Assembly: GCA_907165135.1 (NCBI GenBank)
Contig: OU015568.1
Location: forward strand, 4,836,001 to 4,900,000
Reading direction: 5' to 3'
Source: Oikopleura dioica
Lineage: Eukaryota; Animalia; Chordata
Length of the DNA stretch: 64,000 nt
Shown here in pieces: positions 1 through 12,282 of this stretch; position 1 is the stretch's first letter, and each line of letters starts with the position of its first letter. The position numbers and the translations under genes are program-made. The notes under the pieces are model-generated. The model did no database searches. It had not been told where the DNA came from and worked only from the letters and a program-made list of their open reading frames with translations.

Positions 1-1315
1 TCTTGGCTTCGACTTCTTGGGCAAATGATGTTAGAATCTGGCAAGTAGCGACTCAGAGTTCTGGCGGTAGCTTTGGAAATAATGGGTAAAATCATGACTC
101 GATGTTGATTTCACTCGAACTTGTTTTCAAGAAATTTCCAAATGGCGACTCAAGCAAAAGCTATGAAAAATCACGAAGGTCCGGTTCTCGATTGCTGCTG
201 GACTGGAGACAATACCAAGCTGTTTTCTGTTGGAGCGGATAAGAAAGGAATGGTGAGTTTGTTCTGCTTATTTTTGATCCTCACGATGGGTTTAGTTGTG
301 GGATCTTGGAGCTGATAGCTTCAATCAAGTTGCGGCACATGACCAGCCGATCACTTGTTGTGCCTATGCGAAGGGGAATAATTACGAATGCATGGTTACT
401 GGAAGTTTGGATAAAACGATCAAAATGTGGGATATGCGACAATCTACTCCAGCGAAAACTTTTAACTGCCCAGAGGTAAAGAGCATTTAACAAAGAGGGT
501 TTGACTGTAAAAACTAGAGAGTGTACGCGATGGACTTGATGATGCCGATCATGGTCGCCGTCACAGCCGACAAGAAGCTCCTTGGTTACAGAATGGACAA
601 CGATCCGTCAGAGTGGAAAGTATTCGAGTCACAGCTCAAGCAGCAATTAAGATGCATTTCAATCTTCAAGAATAAAAACGGAACCGAGCCGTTTGGCTTT
701 GCTTGTGGATCTATTGGTAATCCATATCGAGTCCTTTATGTCTTCAATAAATCATTTAGAGGGAAGAGTTGCCATTCACAATTTCCAGCCAGACAAGCCA
801 GTTGATAACTTCACATTCAAATGCCACAGGTAAGCTCTCTCCCGGCTCTTCTCCTCCTCACTGTTTCCAAGAGGACCGAACAACACAAGCTCGAGAGATG
901 CTCAAGAAATTTACCCAGTCAACGACATCGCCTTCCATCCAAATTACACCGGTCTTTTGGCGACTGTCGGCTCAGATGGAAAATATACCTTCTGGGACAA
1001 GGTAAACCACTCATGTCATCCGAAATAACCAGAAACCCAGGACAACCGAACGAAAATCCACGGCGCTCAAAATATGAACACAAATAACGACCCGAAGAAG
1101 TCGATTTCTTGCTGTACTGTCGATCACGAAGGAAAGATATTTGCATACAGGTTCGTCCCGACGAAGTGGACACGAGTTAAAATTATTCTAGCGTCGGTTA
1201 CGATTGGCACAGAGGTCACGAATCTAACGATCCAAACACGAAGCCACAGATTGTTCTCAGAAACGTCGTGGATGAGTTCAAGCCAAAAAGGAGAGGTTCC
1301 CAATTTCCCGATTGA
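1..1315 (+). CDS. RAE1: mRNA export factor Rae1/Gle2 (WD40), 5' end outside window, multi-exon
   Basis: Spliced reading gives [13 protein letters not shown]...[10 protein letters not shown]...[15 protein letters not shown]...GSIEGRVAIH...FTFKCHR...[13 protein letters not shown]...[18 protein letters not shown]...[12 protein letters not shown], the Rae1 signature; short GT-AG introns; stop TGA 1313-1315. Confidence 0.95.
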
Positions 1316-1764
1316 ATATTTTGAATGAATTTTTATGCTCAAATTTGGAACCTTTCTGAAGTAAGTAATTAACGAAAGAAAAAAAACCTTCACGACAAAC
1401 TACACAATTGACAAAAACTGATAAATACCGACGTCAATTTTAGGTTGAATTGCCACACTTCTTAGGCCACAGTTTAGTCTTTCATTCAAGTTTTAAATAT
1501 GAATATTTGTTGCACTGCCTTTTTAAAATGAATAAAAACTCACATGTCACCACAAATTTGAATGAGTTGAAGAATATTTCTTCAATTCAAGTGTTATTCG
1601 ATTATTAGGAAGCAGAAAGCCTTTGAGTTCATGAGCATTTGAGCAACAGAAGACAGCCTAAATAAATAAAGAAATTGTTATGCACGAGACTATCCATGAG
1701 AAATCCAGCAGGTGTTCATCAGCAGAAAAGAGTAGCAGGGCAATTCTGAGCATAAAAAATAGAA

Positions 1765-3220
1765 ATGAAGCTTGTCGATTTTCTTTTACCAACCGTCTCT
1801 CTCGGAGCTTACTGCCGAGGCGGTCCCAAGCCCGATGCTCCTTTGAACTTGAGCCCCATCTTGGACCAAGAGCCGACTTTCGTCAAGGAAGTTGAGAATG
1901 GACGACTTTACACTGTCAACACAGGTTGTCTCGCAATAGATCTATCAAATAACTAGGCTGTTTTCCAAGGAAACAATGAGGTAACCATCGCTCACGTTTT
2001 CGGTACTCCCATGGAAATGGGCCGAGCCCATGGTGAACTCTTGGGTGAAACTGTCAACAACTTCATCGACGGTCTTTTCGATTACATCATCGATGCGCTT
2101 ACCAAAGAGCTCAACGATTTTGCACCAAACCTTCCGGATGATTTCATCCAAGATGTAGTTGAAGGCGGTCTTGACTGGGCGATGGATAGGACCATCAATA
2201 TCACCGAGCCCTACACACCAGACTACTTCAATCAGGAAATCGAGGGAATCGCTCGAGCAACTGGCCTCTCCGCTCATAAACTGAAGCAAGTTCATATGTT
2301 TGGCGAGATCACCAAGGGAGCTTGCTCGATGTTCGGTATTTGGGACGAAGCGCTTGCATCTGGCGAAGGTCTGATCCAGGGACGAACTCTTGATTGGGAC
2401 ATGAACGGTCCCTTCAGAGATTTTCCCCACATCACTGTCTACCATCCTTCCGAAGGCTGGGGCAACGACTTCATCAATCTCGGCTGGCCCGGTTGGGTTG
2501 GCTCCCTCACGGGCATGAACGATCAGCTCATGGGTATCTCTGAAATCGGCGCTTCTTATGCCGATCATACTTTTGGAAGAGAATCTCGCCATGGAATTCC
2601 CTTCACCTACCTGCTCCGTGATATTCTTCAGTGGGACAAGAGCCTTGATGATACTAAGACTCGCGTCAAGACTGCTGATAGAACTTGCAATCTGATCCTC
2701 GGAGTCGGTGACGGAAAGATCAACGAGATGAATTCGATCAGATACAGCTACTCAGCTGCTGATTTCTTTGATGACAAGGTATTACTCTGGGTTAAACAAA
2801 TTCCTCATTCTTTGTAGACTCTTGAACCAGGACCATGGTGCATCGAAGAAGTCCGACCATGCGATTGGATGCCGCTCATTGACAACGTTGTCTACCACGG
2901 AATGGACTGGAACTGCCCAACTTACACCAGAAGACTCTCGGAAGAGATTCAGAAGAAATGGGGCGAGATCACTCCTGAAAACGCCATTTCCGACATCATC
3001 GGTAACGAACAAACAAGTCACTCACTTTTCTAATTCCGTTTCAGCTCGAACTTGCACCGGTGACGTTCACAATGCAGTTTACGACTTGACCAAGAACGAC
3101 TTCTACTTTGCCGTCGCTTCTCCCCACGGAACTGATTCTAGCACCAAACAGGCCTACAAGAACTCTTACTACAAGCTCGATGCCGACAAGCTCTTTGCTG
3201 AAGAACGACCACGCCTTTAA
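1765..3220 (+). CDS. Secreted Ntn-hydrolase, peptidase C45 / acid-ceramidase-like (resembles Dictyostelium Dcd1-type proteins)
   Basis: Signal peptide MKLVDFLLPTVSLGAYC; GACSMFGIW (putative nucleophile Cys) followed by GRTLDWD, GWVGSLTGMN, SEIG, GIPFTYLLRDILQW; C-terminal YHGMDWNCP...ITPENAI...TGDVHNAVYDL; 3 GT-AG introns. Confidence 0.75.
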
Positions 3221-3388
3221 TTGAACTTACTTCTTATTGAAATAAATCCCACTATCGAAAGCGTTAAGAAGTCTAGTGAAATCGCGGAGTTATACTGAAG
3301 TTAAGGAAGTTGATGCTCACTCAGTCGTGAACTCGCTCGCTTTAAAACTTCGATTCTACACATTTTCCTCAGTTATTATTGCTCAGAG

Positions 3389-4439
3389 ATGCGACGCAGC
3401 ATATTTCTTCTCATCTTTGCAGGTTTCAAATTTTATTTTTTCCTCTACCATCAAGGAGATTCTAGCGCTTCTTGCCGAAGGCGCAACTTTCCCTGGCATA
3501 TCAACAACTGAGCTTTCGACTTCTACATCAACAACTATGACATCGACTATGACTTCGACAACTAGACTAGAATCAACGACAACTCGAGCGACAAGCCTTT
3601 TTCAGTCCCTTTCAACCAGAGTTTCGAAATATTAGTTGTTTACTAATGACTTTTATTTTTAAACTTGACCAACAGCTATCGGCTCAACATCGCATCCGAC
3701 ACAATCATCACCTGTATTTTCCACAGGATCAAAACTTCAATCCTTCTCTACAACATCACCTACTACTACAACGAGTTTCTCGTCGACTTCTACAACTTTC
3801 TACAACTTAACTCCCAGATCTCTGACTTCGACAACTAAGATTAGCACTCACTCATCCATAGTGGGACTCAAAACTGTGGGAGGCTATCGCGAAGGGTTTA
3901 TTTCGCCATGTTTCGCAAGCATTAATCCCCTGTACTTTAAGTTCTATTTATGAGCGGACATTTCCGAATGCTTTTCGAAGTCTTCGAAGAAACGAATTCC
4001 ATTTTCGGCCAAATAGCGGAATTCAATCGTACGTCGGATTCGAAACCAGCGCCCCAGAGAGTTGGATTGACGACGAAATGAAGGATTTCGAAGTATTATT
4101 TTTGAGAAAGAATTTGAAATAATAACGCCCAAAAATAAGATCGAAAAAGAAAAACTGTCCGAAGAAGCTGTTGGAGCATTCAAGCATATTGAAAATGTAA
4201 GACACGAAATTTTTTATCCCAAACGATTTTTTTCATAGATGGAAGTTCTTTTCATTATCACTTGGATCGTGGCCATGATCACATTTATCTTCGTAAGATC
4301 CATTATTTTTTCTTCAAACTAAAATGCGTCTTAGGTTCTCAGTCTCAAGATCAAGTCTCAAAAGAAGAACGCTCAAAAGACCGACAAGAAAAAGAAGGGA
4401 AAAAAGGAGACCGACAAAAAGATTGATTTCGAAATCTGA
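3389..4439 (+). CDS. Ser/Thr-rich mucin-like type I membrane protein (exon structure partly unresolved)
   Basis: MRRSIFLLIFA|ALLAEGATFPG signal peptide, Thr/Ser tracts at 3500-3850, hydrophobic MEVLFIITWIVAMITFIF|VLSL, Lys-rich tail ending KKIDFEI*. Confidence 0.5.
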
Positions 4440-4493
4440 TCATAACTTTTTCATTTTATCCGTTTGCTTTATTTTGATGGCTCTGCTCATGTC

Positions 4494-6617
4494 TCAGAAT
4501 ATGTTCAATAAAGTCAATAGTTTCCAGCAAGAATGTCGAGTAAAAATCTATCATCGTCCACGAATTTCCTTGTTTTTTCGTCCCCAACTCTTTGGATGTG
4601 CACATTACTTGACCACGACGATGGTCTTGCTCGCTTTTTACGGATCAAAATATGGCTTCAAGAGCTTCATTTCAGTGTATTATTTGATCCGTTCCAGAAA
4701 GATTCTTGCTCTGAGGCAAACTTCTTGTTCTATCGAAGACGTGATATCTCCCCTGAGACCTTCTGGAATGTCTTTGAGACTGTCATAGTACGGATCTAAG
4801 TCGTCAGCGTCGAGAAACTTGACTTCCTCCTTCGTATATCTTTTCTTCAGCGCGTTTCTGATGGCACCGTGAATTTCTTTTTCTTGCGGCGGGGAAGCGA
4901 GATAAACGGCATTGAGGCTAATGTTCATCGCTCGTCTTGACTCGAGATAAGTGACAAAAGAATCTGCCGCGCTCCCAACATCCTTTTTCATGTCCAAAAC
5001 GACCTGGCAATTGCTTCTTGAAGCATCAGAACATCGCCCGAGAAAATCTCGCTCATCAAATCGATAATGCAGCGCTATAAAATCGCCATGAAAAAGTTTT
5101 TCTTTCACGAAATTATCGACAAGAGATCGGATGAATTTCGGCCGCTTCACATGATTGACGACATCGGCAAAGATACGCTGATCTTCTTCTGGAAGCTCTG
5201 AGTTTTTCCAGCCACGGAGGTTCCGGTCGATGAGGCGGTGAAAATTCGGGAAGAGGACGAAGGGATATGTGATCGCTGCGCATCGCTCATCTAAAAATTG
5301 AAGAAACAAAATATGACTCGAGGTAACTTTTTGGGAACGTTGTCAATCAAGGGTTGATTGTTACTGAAGTCGCATTTGTTTTAACGACGCTGACGCTAAG
5401 AGTCGTCGGGAGTGGCTACGCACTTCAGGAAATATTGAATATTTAATTTATATATTCAAGAATGATCCTATTTAAACTTGAAAAAGACGTTCAAAATTGC
5501 TCAAAAACGAAAATGATGGAATTTTTTCTTTTGAGCATTTTCTTCATCTCTTTTTCTAATGTACTTCCAACTCCTCATAGAGATTTGAGCGCTGAACGCA
5601 AGCTCGCAATTGCTAATAAAATGTACCACGACTGCGAGCAAGGTTTGACAAAGAGACATTTTATAAGCTTCAATTATATTTTAATCTGAGATACGTAGGC
5701 TAAAAGAAGTAACTCCTCGATCACTCGAAATTATTGACGAAATGTGCTTGGAGTTTCCCAATCGTTTTCTTGTAAAAATGGATGCAGCCCATCATCCCGA
5801 CCGGTCAAATACCGTGATCTTTATGAAATAAAAGTGCTCTATCAATTCAAAAGCGCTAGAATTACATAAACTTTCTGAATAAACAAGCAGAAGAAATCTT
5901 TCCTGATAGAAAAATGCCTCGTTGTTGACACCCTTAAGACTTACCGCTTGGATAATATTCCTTCAACCAAGTCCGATTCGTCGACAGCACTCTCGCAAGT
6001 TCATCATCCTCTGGATACGTTTTCACGCCATTCACGCCTCGGCAATTATCTCCATCCATAAAGGCTTCAAGCCCAAGTTGCTCCCAGGTTTCTTTTGTTG
6101 TTCGAAATATATCTCCAGAACAGATATTTCTTCCAAGGAACAGTGCGTCGATTTTTCCTCCACAATTTTTTGCGATTTTCGAAGCGTCGCAAGTTGTCAT
6201 CAGATTGTGAATTTCAGAAACCTCGATTCGAAATTCTGGCTGAACGAGATGTTCGCTCTTTGCGATGCTTGAATCCTAAAAATTATATTTTGTATTGAGA
6301 GCAAGACATCTTACTGTATAGTGCTTGAAGAAAAGAGGAATGCAGATTGTTCTGTTGAGCTTGATTGCCAAAATAAGCGCTTCTTGAAATCCTCGTATTT
6401 GATTATTTGGCCCCCAGTTCAAAAAAGGAATCAAGAATTTATCATCTCTTGTTACGTATTTTGGATTTATTTTTCTCTCTTCCTTGATTGCACCGATTCT
6501 AGCTCTTCGGATCTCTTTTTCTTCGAAACCCAAAAATGTCATGAAAAGAAATTGAGCTCCGAATAACAAAAGGGTTGAAATAACTAGCGTTGATGCGCAT
6601 ATTCTGATTTTATTCAT
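4494..6617 (-). CDS. O-fucosyltransferase family (POFUT-like, GT-B fold) type II Golgi protein
   Basis: N-terminal TM, LNWGPNNQIRGFQEALILAIKLNRTICIP, FIALHYRFDERDF, AVYLASPP, SSIEQEVCLRARIFL...PSSWSSNV motifs typical of the O-FucT family. Confidence 0.8.
5513..5831 (+). CDS. Candidate small secreted protein nested antisense in an intron of the O-fucosyltransferase gene
   Basis: MMEFFLLSIFFISFSNVLP signal-like start; 43 codons + 49-nt GG-AG intron (5642-5690) + 46 codons; AATAAA overlapping the stop. Confidence 0.35.
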
Positions 6618-6781
6618 TTGCTTTGCTTTCTCTAGGCTTTATGGTCAAGTAGCAAGGCTAATTAGCAAGGCTAATTTATTATTAAAGTTGGAGCAAACGT
6701 CGATTTTTACGATCATGAGAAGCGAAGTTGATTGCAAGACGTCATCATTCAAGTCAGAAAGCGTTTTCTATTAAAAAAAAA

Positions 6782-9780
6782 CTAGGGAGCTTCTACAGAG
6801 CATTTCATATGATTTCGAAAGTACCACAATTCTCCAAGATGATCTTTGAACTCTAAAAAGCAATTTTACTCGAAATTCGGAGAGAAAATCGACCTGTTTC
6901 TGAGCCGTATTTTCTGCCAAGTCTTTCAGAAAGATATCGGTGATAATTTTCTTCTGAAGTACAGTCATTAACGTGCTTAACCATTGATTTCTTGCACCAG
7001 GCAATTCTTAGCTGTCCCCTTGCATCGATGAAGAATTCCTTGTGGCCTTTTCTATCAAATTCTAGGTCTGAAAAAGGAGTCATTTTATTGAAGTGAAGAT
7101 TTTGCCCCTTACCGAATCTTATTTTTCCCGCAGTTGCTGTCCTCCCCAAGAAAAAATTGTCCATCAAATCAACAATCAAACACTCATCTTCAAATCCCGG
7201 TAGTTCAAGATTCCGATACATTCCCCTGTGGAAGCAAAATCCACTTTCAGATGCCCGGATATTCAAAAAATCACTCTGCGCCCACAGGCTACGCTCGTGT
7301 TTGTTTAAACTTCCGCCAACAATATCGAAGCCGGTCGTTTCGGCAACATGAACCATATACTCCAAGTCGGTTTCGCTGGTGAACTCGAAGTCGTCATCGC
7401 ACCAAACAAAAAACTGCGTCCTAAAAGAAATTAACCATAAAATCAGCATTATTTTCAATACAAGGTAAAAAATCAGCCTCAAAAAAGCGAGATTCATAGA
7501 TAAGGTTTAGTTACTATTTAACCATTTACACGTCTAATAACCATAAACGCAGAATTAAACTGGGGGAATGGTTAAATAAAATGCGGATAAAGATTGAGTT
7601 AAACTCATTATTGCAATTTCGACTTCTGTAAGTACCATCGAAATGTCAAAGACCATAAAACTAGTAAAATTTAGTTTTATTCACAAAAAAATATATGAAT
7701 ATTATGACAAGAGTAAATATCTTGTTCCCCTTGTTGGGTATTCACCGTAACCAATAGTCCATAATTCATAGTATTATCATAGAAGTCCTCAGGAGTTCTC
7801 ACTATCATTATCAAGATAAGTACAGTTAGAATCCTACCTAACTTGACTCATCCAGAGTTGCAAATTGTTGAAAATTTTTTCTGAGCTGAGCTAGCTGAGC
7901 TGAGGTCGAAATTGAGCTGAGCTGAGCTGAGCTGGCTCCTTATAAAAATCAACTGAGCTGAGCTGAGCTGAGCTGGTTTTTATCAAAAAAATTGAGCTGA
8001 GCTGAGCTGAGCTGGGGCATTTTTGAAAATTTTTGAGCTGAGCTGAGCTGAGCTGATGATTTCTCAAACTGAGCTAGCTGAGCTGAGCTGACCATTTTTT
8101 TATGCTGAGCTAGCTGAGCTGAGCTGAGCTAGCTGAGCTGAGCTGAGAAAGCTGATTTTTATTTACTACAAAAAATGTCAACAAAATGTGTTGAAGCGAA
8201 TTTCAACCCTCTAGCGTAGATGGACAGGGAGCCCCTGCCCTCGCACACCCCTAGACCAGTCTCTCACATTCGCAATCACATATTTATCATCTGTACTTTA
8301 TTATTTCTTTATTGGAAGCCCTTTTTTATTAAATTTCTCTCTTGTTTCAAAGAAAACTCGAATTATTTCTATCTAAAATTGACCAACAGGAAAGCATGAA
8401 TAGAAAATACGTCGAAGTTTTTGAAAAAAAGACCAATCGAAAGTGGTTCGATCTTCGTCAGCTCAATAGACTGAGCTGAGCTGAGCTAGCTGAGCTGAGG
8501 TTAAAATTGAGCTGAGCTGAGCTGAGCTGGCTCTTTTCGAAGAACCATTGAGCTGAGCTAGCTGAGCTGAGGTCAAATTGAGCTGAGCTGAGCTGAGCTG
8601 ACCCTCACCTCGAAATTGCTGAGCTGAGCTCAGCTAGCTCAGATAGCTCAGCTCAGCTAGCTCACAAAATTTGCAACTCTGGACTCATCGCTAAAGCTCT
8701 TCCAGCAAACCATCCTTCTTTCTCGGGCATTCGGTACTGCTTGATCCTCAATGTCTTGCTTTCAATCTTTTCAAAATCGTCGTCGACGTTATCATCCGCA
8801 ATTATTACAGTGATTCCAGGGTAAAATTGCTCGACGCTCTTCAAAAATCTTTTGAGACAAGAATATCGCAAATATGTTTTGGTAATGATAGTGACACGAT
8901 GCTCAATTGCATCAGATATTCGATGATGAAGAACAGGGAGTGGATTCCATCTGATTGTAACTGGAAATTGAATGGTAAAGTCGAGGTCGCCGCTGACGAA
9001 GAAACTGACGATGTCGACGAGTTTTCTTCCTTGATTTCAAATTATTCTTGATTTCTCGATTTCTAAACTAAGGATTTTTTCAATCAAATGAAATCATTTC
9101 CTAGCATCATAAACCCTTGGGAAATATCGAGCTTTTTCGAAGGCCTTGTTCATTTCTAAAACACTTATTTCTTCACCCCCAATCCAGCTTACTTCGCCAA
9201 AATGAGCCGTGAATCTACCGCAGACTTTCTTTCCCGGATCTGCCACAATTTTGATCTTCAAATGAACTGACTCAATCGGTTCAATTTCGTAGCCATTCGA
9301 AACATATTCCACAGGAAGATTGCTTTTTGCAAAAATCATTGGCGGCTTGTTTATTTCAAAATAGAAATCTCGCTTCCACAAATCAAAGTCCTTCACGTAT
9401 TTAGCAAGGTTTTCTTTCTTCGACATTTTCACAAAGTTAAAATATTTTCCGGCAAAGTCGCATTTGCACATTTTTCCATTATACAAGTCCTCTGGCTGTG
9501 GGTATGTCTCTGGAATGGCTCTGTTCCACCCTCTCAAATGATCAACGATTATTCTGTTCCCGATTCGCTTGGTGTCGAGTTTTTCTTTTTCCTCGATTTT
9601 CTCGTTTTTGGTCGTTTTTGTCGGTGAGATTGGAGTATTTGGCCTGTTTTCTTCCTTGATTTCGACTTCTCTCAATTTCGAGCTGAGTCCAAAGAAGTAT
9701 CCGGCGAAAAAGAGGGCGAAAGGGATTAAATTTTTGAAAGAAAAAGGGAGAGCTCTCATAGAAAACGGAGAATCTGACAT
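6782..9780 (-). CDS. B4GALNT1/2: Beta-1,4-N-acetylgalactosaminyltransferase (B4GALNT1/2-like, GT-A)
   Basis: N-terminal TM, CKC stem, FPVTIRW, VTIITKTYLRYSCLKRFLKSVEQFYPGITVIIADD, GWFAGRALAMS, FFVWCDDDFEF (DxD), FDIVGGSL, HKEFFIDARGQLRIAWC; last exon ...FRNHMKCSVEAP*; one exon interrupted by a MITE. Confidence 0.9.
7853..8681. mobile_element. Non-autonomous hAT-like element (829 bp) with (GCTGA)n subterminal arrays
   Basis: TIR CAGAGTTGCAAATT at 7853 and its reverse complement ending at 8681; exact 8-bp TSD GACTCATC (7845-7852, 8682-8689); internal ~60-bp direct duplication (7881-7940 vs 8476-8535). Confidence 0.9.
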
Positions 9781-10350
9781 ATTTTGCGATGATTTTCCCG
9801 CTTTGGCGCGAGGAAAATGTCACAAACATCATAAAATCGTCGGTTATTCCATGTTACTAAGTGCCGGAATTCCAGAAGACTCTCGGATCAGAGTCGGAGT
9901 CGGCAAAAACAGCGTTTTTTATTCAGTAGAAAGTCAATAAACAGATAAAATTTAAATAGCGTGAGAATATATCAGAGGCGCCTCTGCCTTTTCTGCTTTC
10001 CAAAAATCGATGTTTATGGCACTTCGGATTATCTGAGAAAATCTCAGCGACTTGAAAGGAAAAGCGCCGAGTAATGATAAGTTGGATTAACGGCGCCTGT
10101 TTAGGACGAGGACCGCAGAAACGGCGAGGATTAATCGCGACGGAAACCACCTAAAAGGATAATTTATTGATTGCCCTTGATTGATAATTACACCTCAAAG
10201 GGATTAGCTTTTCCCAGATCGTGGATAATTGGGAAGATTTGATGAATTGTTCTTTTTGGACTTCTGAACTTGAATAATTGCCCTTTTCTGTTGAAAATAA
10301 AGAAGCATCTTCTTCTTGAATATCAAAGATTGTCAATTTTTCTTCTAAAA

Positions 10351-10490
10351 TTTTGCCCAAGATTGTCGATTTTTCCCAGGATTTCCCGATATTCGAAAAT
10401 CGGCAATTTTATCGGCGAACTCTTTTACCGATTATTGCCGATTTCGGGAATTTCGGTAAGAATGACTCAAATCGACAATCTTGGGCAAAA
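10351..10490. repeat. Foldback / MITE-like inverted repeat
   Basis: Perfect 22-bp inverted repeat TTTTGCCCAAGATTGTCGATTT...AAATCGACAATCTTGGGCAAAA with further internal pairing. Confidence 0.7.
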
Positions 10491-11202
10491 GCCCTGAAAT
10501 TTCATCGACAATCTTGGATCGAAAAATGAAGATTTTTTTTATCAATTTCATCTCAAAAAAAGGCCTTTTGAACCGTTCATTTTTCAAAATAAGCTTTTTC
10601 AAAATAAGCTTCTGCCCTTGTTTCTGGGAGAAGACACTCATGAGCTCAAAATCCAAGCAGGCGTAGAGTTTGATTACGGAACGGGCAAACACGAATATCG
10701 CAGTTTCTTTTCCCTTCGTGATTATGGGCAAATAGCACTTCAAAATGTCAAGTGTTTTGGAAATTTCTTTTGTAAACTCAAAAGCCCTTTTTAAATTCTT
10801 CGGGGAACACTAATTTTCGAGCTTATAGAATATTACGAGTCGTAATTTACGACCAATTTCCTCCCGTTTCATCTAAATCTTTTGCAAAGCATCGATGACT
10901 TTCCTCCTTCACAGGAAAAGCTGAATCGAATTATCGATAAAAATACGCGGTAAAGGAAATCTATCTTCAATAAAGGAAACTTTCCCATGATTCATGGGCC
11001 ATGAATCAAAAATGTAATCAAATTTGTAACTTCCTCTAGGAAGAATTTTTTAATGAAAAATCAAGCAATAATTTTTCAAAAAACAAGAGTAGGTTAGGGT
11101 TAGGCTCGAGGAATAAAGAAGCCTTACTTAGGGTTATGGCTAGGCTTTTCCGTAGTTAGCAACTAAAGCCCTAAAATTTGATGATTTCAGTGAAATTGGG
11201 AG

Positions 11203-11343
11203 GGGCCTTGTTCATCCTTTTATTTTTGCATTTGTGACTTTGTTCCTCCTCTAAACTCGGGTTTAGCGAGGGGTGACAAGCAGATAATTAGAGGATGAAC
11301 AAGGCCATATATGCATGAAGTCAACGATGAACAAGGCCTTCCT
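11203..11343. repeat. Small inverted-repeat element
   Basis: GGCCTTGTTCATCC near 11205 faces GGATGAACAAGGCC near 11293 and a second GATGAACAAGGCC near 11327; no TSD seen. Confidence 0.45.
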
Positions 11344-12282
11344 GAGGTAAATTGCCCTTATCAACCACTATTCTAGAGGTTTGAGAATCTTGGACTAATA
11401 AAAAAACTGAAAATCACCAATTTCGTTCTTTGTTTTGAAAATACTAGCTACGGCAATCTATTCTTTTTTGAATGAGCTGCCTGTTCTACTTTCCCCTCAA
11501 AAACTAAGGCTGAGATCGTTTCATTTTTCAAAATTTACGAAGACCTTATAAAATTGGTAAAAAGTAAATTTCACGCTACGCACTCATAAAATTCCAAAAC
11601 ACGTGACTAGGCAGTGCCTTTCAAACATTCCTCGCCGCTCGTCACATTTCTTTCGCTCCGCGCATTCGAAAACGCGCCGCTGAAATAGATGGCGCCAGAG
11701 GACGCCCGCGCAGCTCAGCCGCACTTCTCCTTTTCGAAAAAGAAAGAATTCAACGAGTCGAGTCGCCGAGTCGTTATTTTCGATCAATTACCGAGTTCGT
11801 GCGTTTTTCTTCTAGCGTCTCTTTTTGAAGATTTCGAAAAGAAATTTTAACCTGTTTGAGAATTGAGTGCCAATTTTTTGGCAAAAGAAGGACTTTGATA
11901 AGAAAAAAGAGAGAGAGAAGATAGTAATCGAAGATATAGAAGAAAAAATGTCGCAGTGGACTTGGGATCAATCTGCTCAGGAAAGGGTTCAGCTTTTGCA
12001 TGTATCTTTGTTACTGTCTTTGAACTACAGTAAATATTATTAAAAATGTCGAGGAAAAATGAGTTTTCATGAAAAGAAAAATGATTTTTTTATGCCGGAA
12101 TTTAATAAATAGACAGCTTTACTTATCTGACTGTATCTCCTTAACTGTAAATATCAGACCTACAGTTCTATACAGGTTTCGATAGAAGAAGATCTGATCT
12201 TTCTTTTGGTATGAAAATGTTTTCGTAAAAATTTTTTCTGAGCCCTAAAAAGTGGGTTCAAAAATCCATCAACGACCCAGCA

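Noticed and set aside
1315-1765. RAE1 and the C45 hydrolase as an operon
   Set aside because: Co-oriented, but the 450-bp gap contains AATAAA signals and room for a promoter; evidence insufficient
10151-10900. Minus-strand ORFs upstream of B4GALNT as an extra gene
   Set aside because: Interrupted by a foldback repeat and low-complexity A/T tracts; no consistent spliced protein
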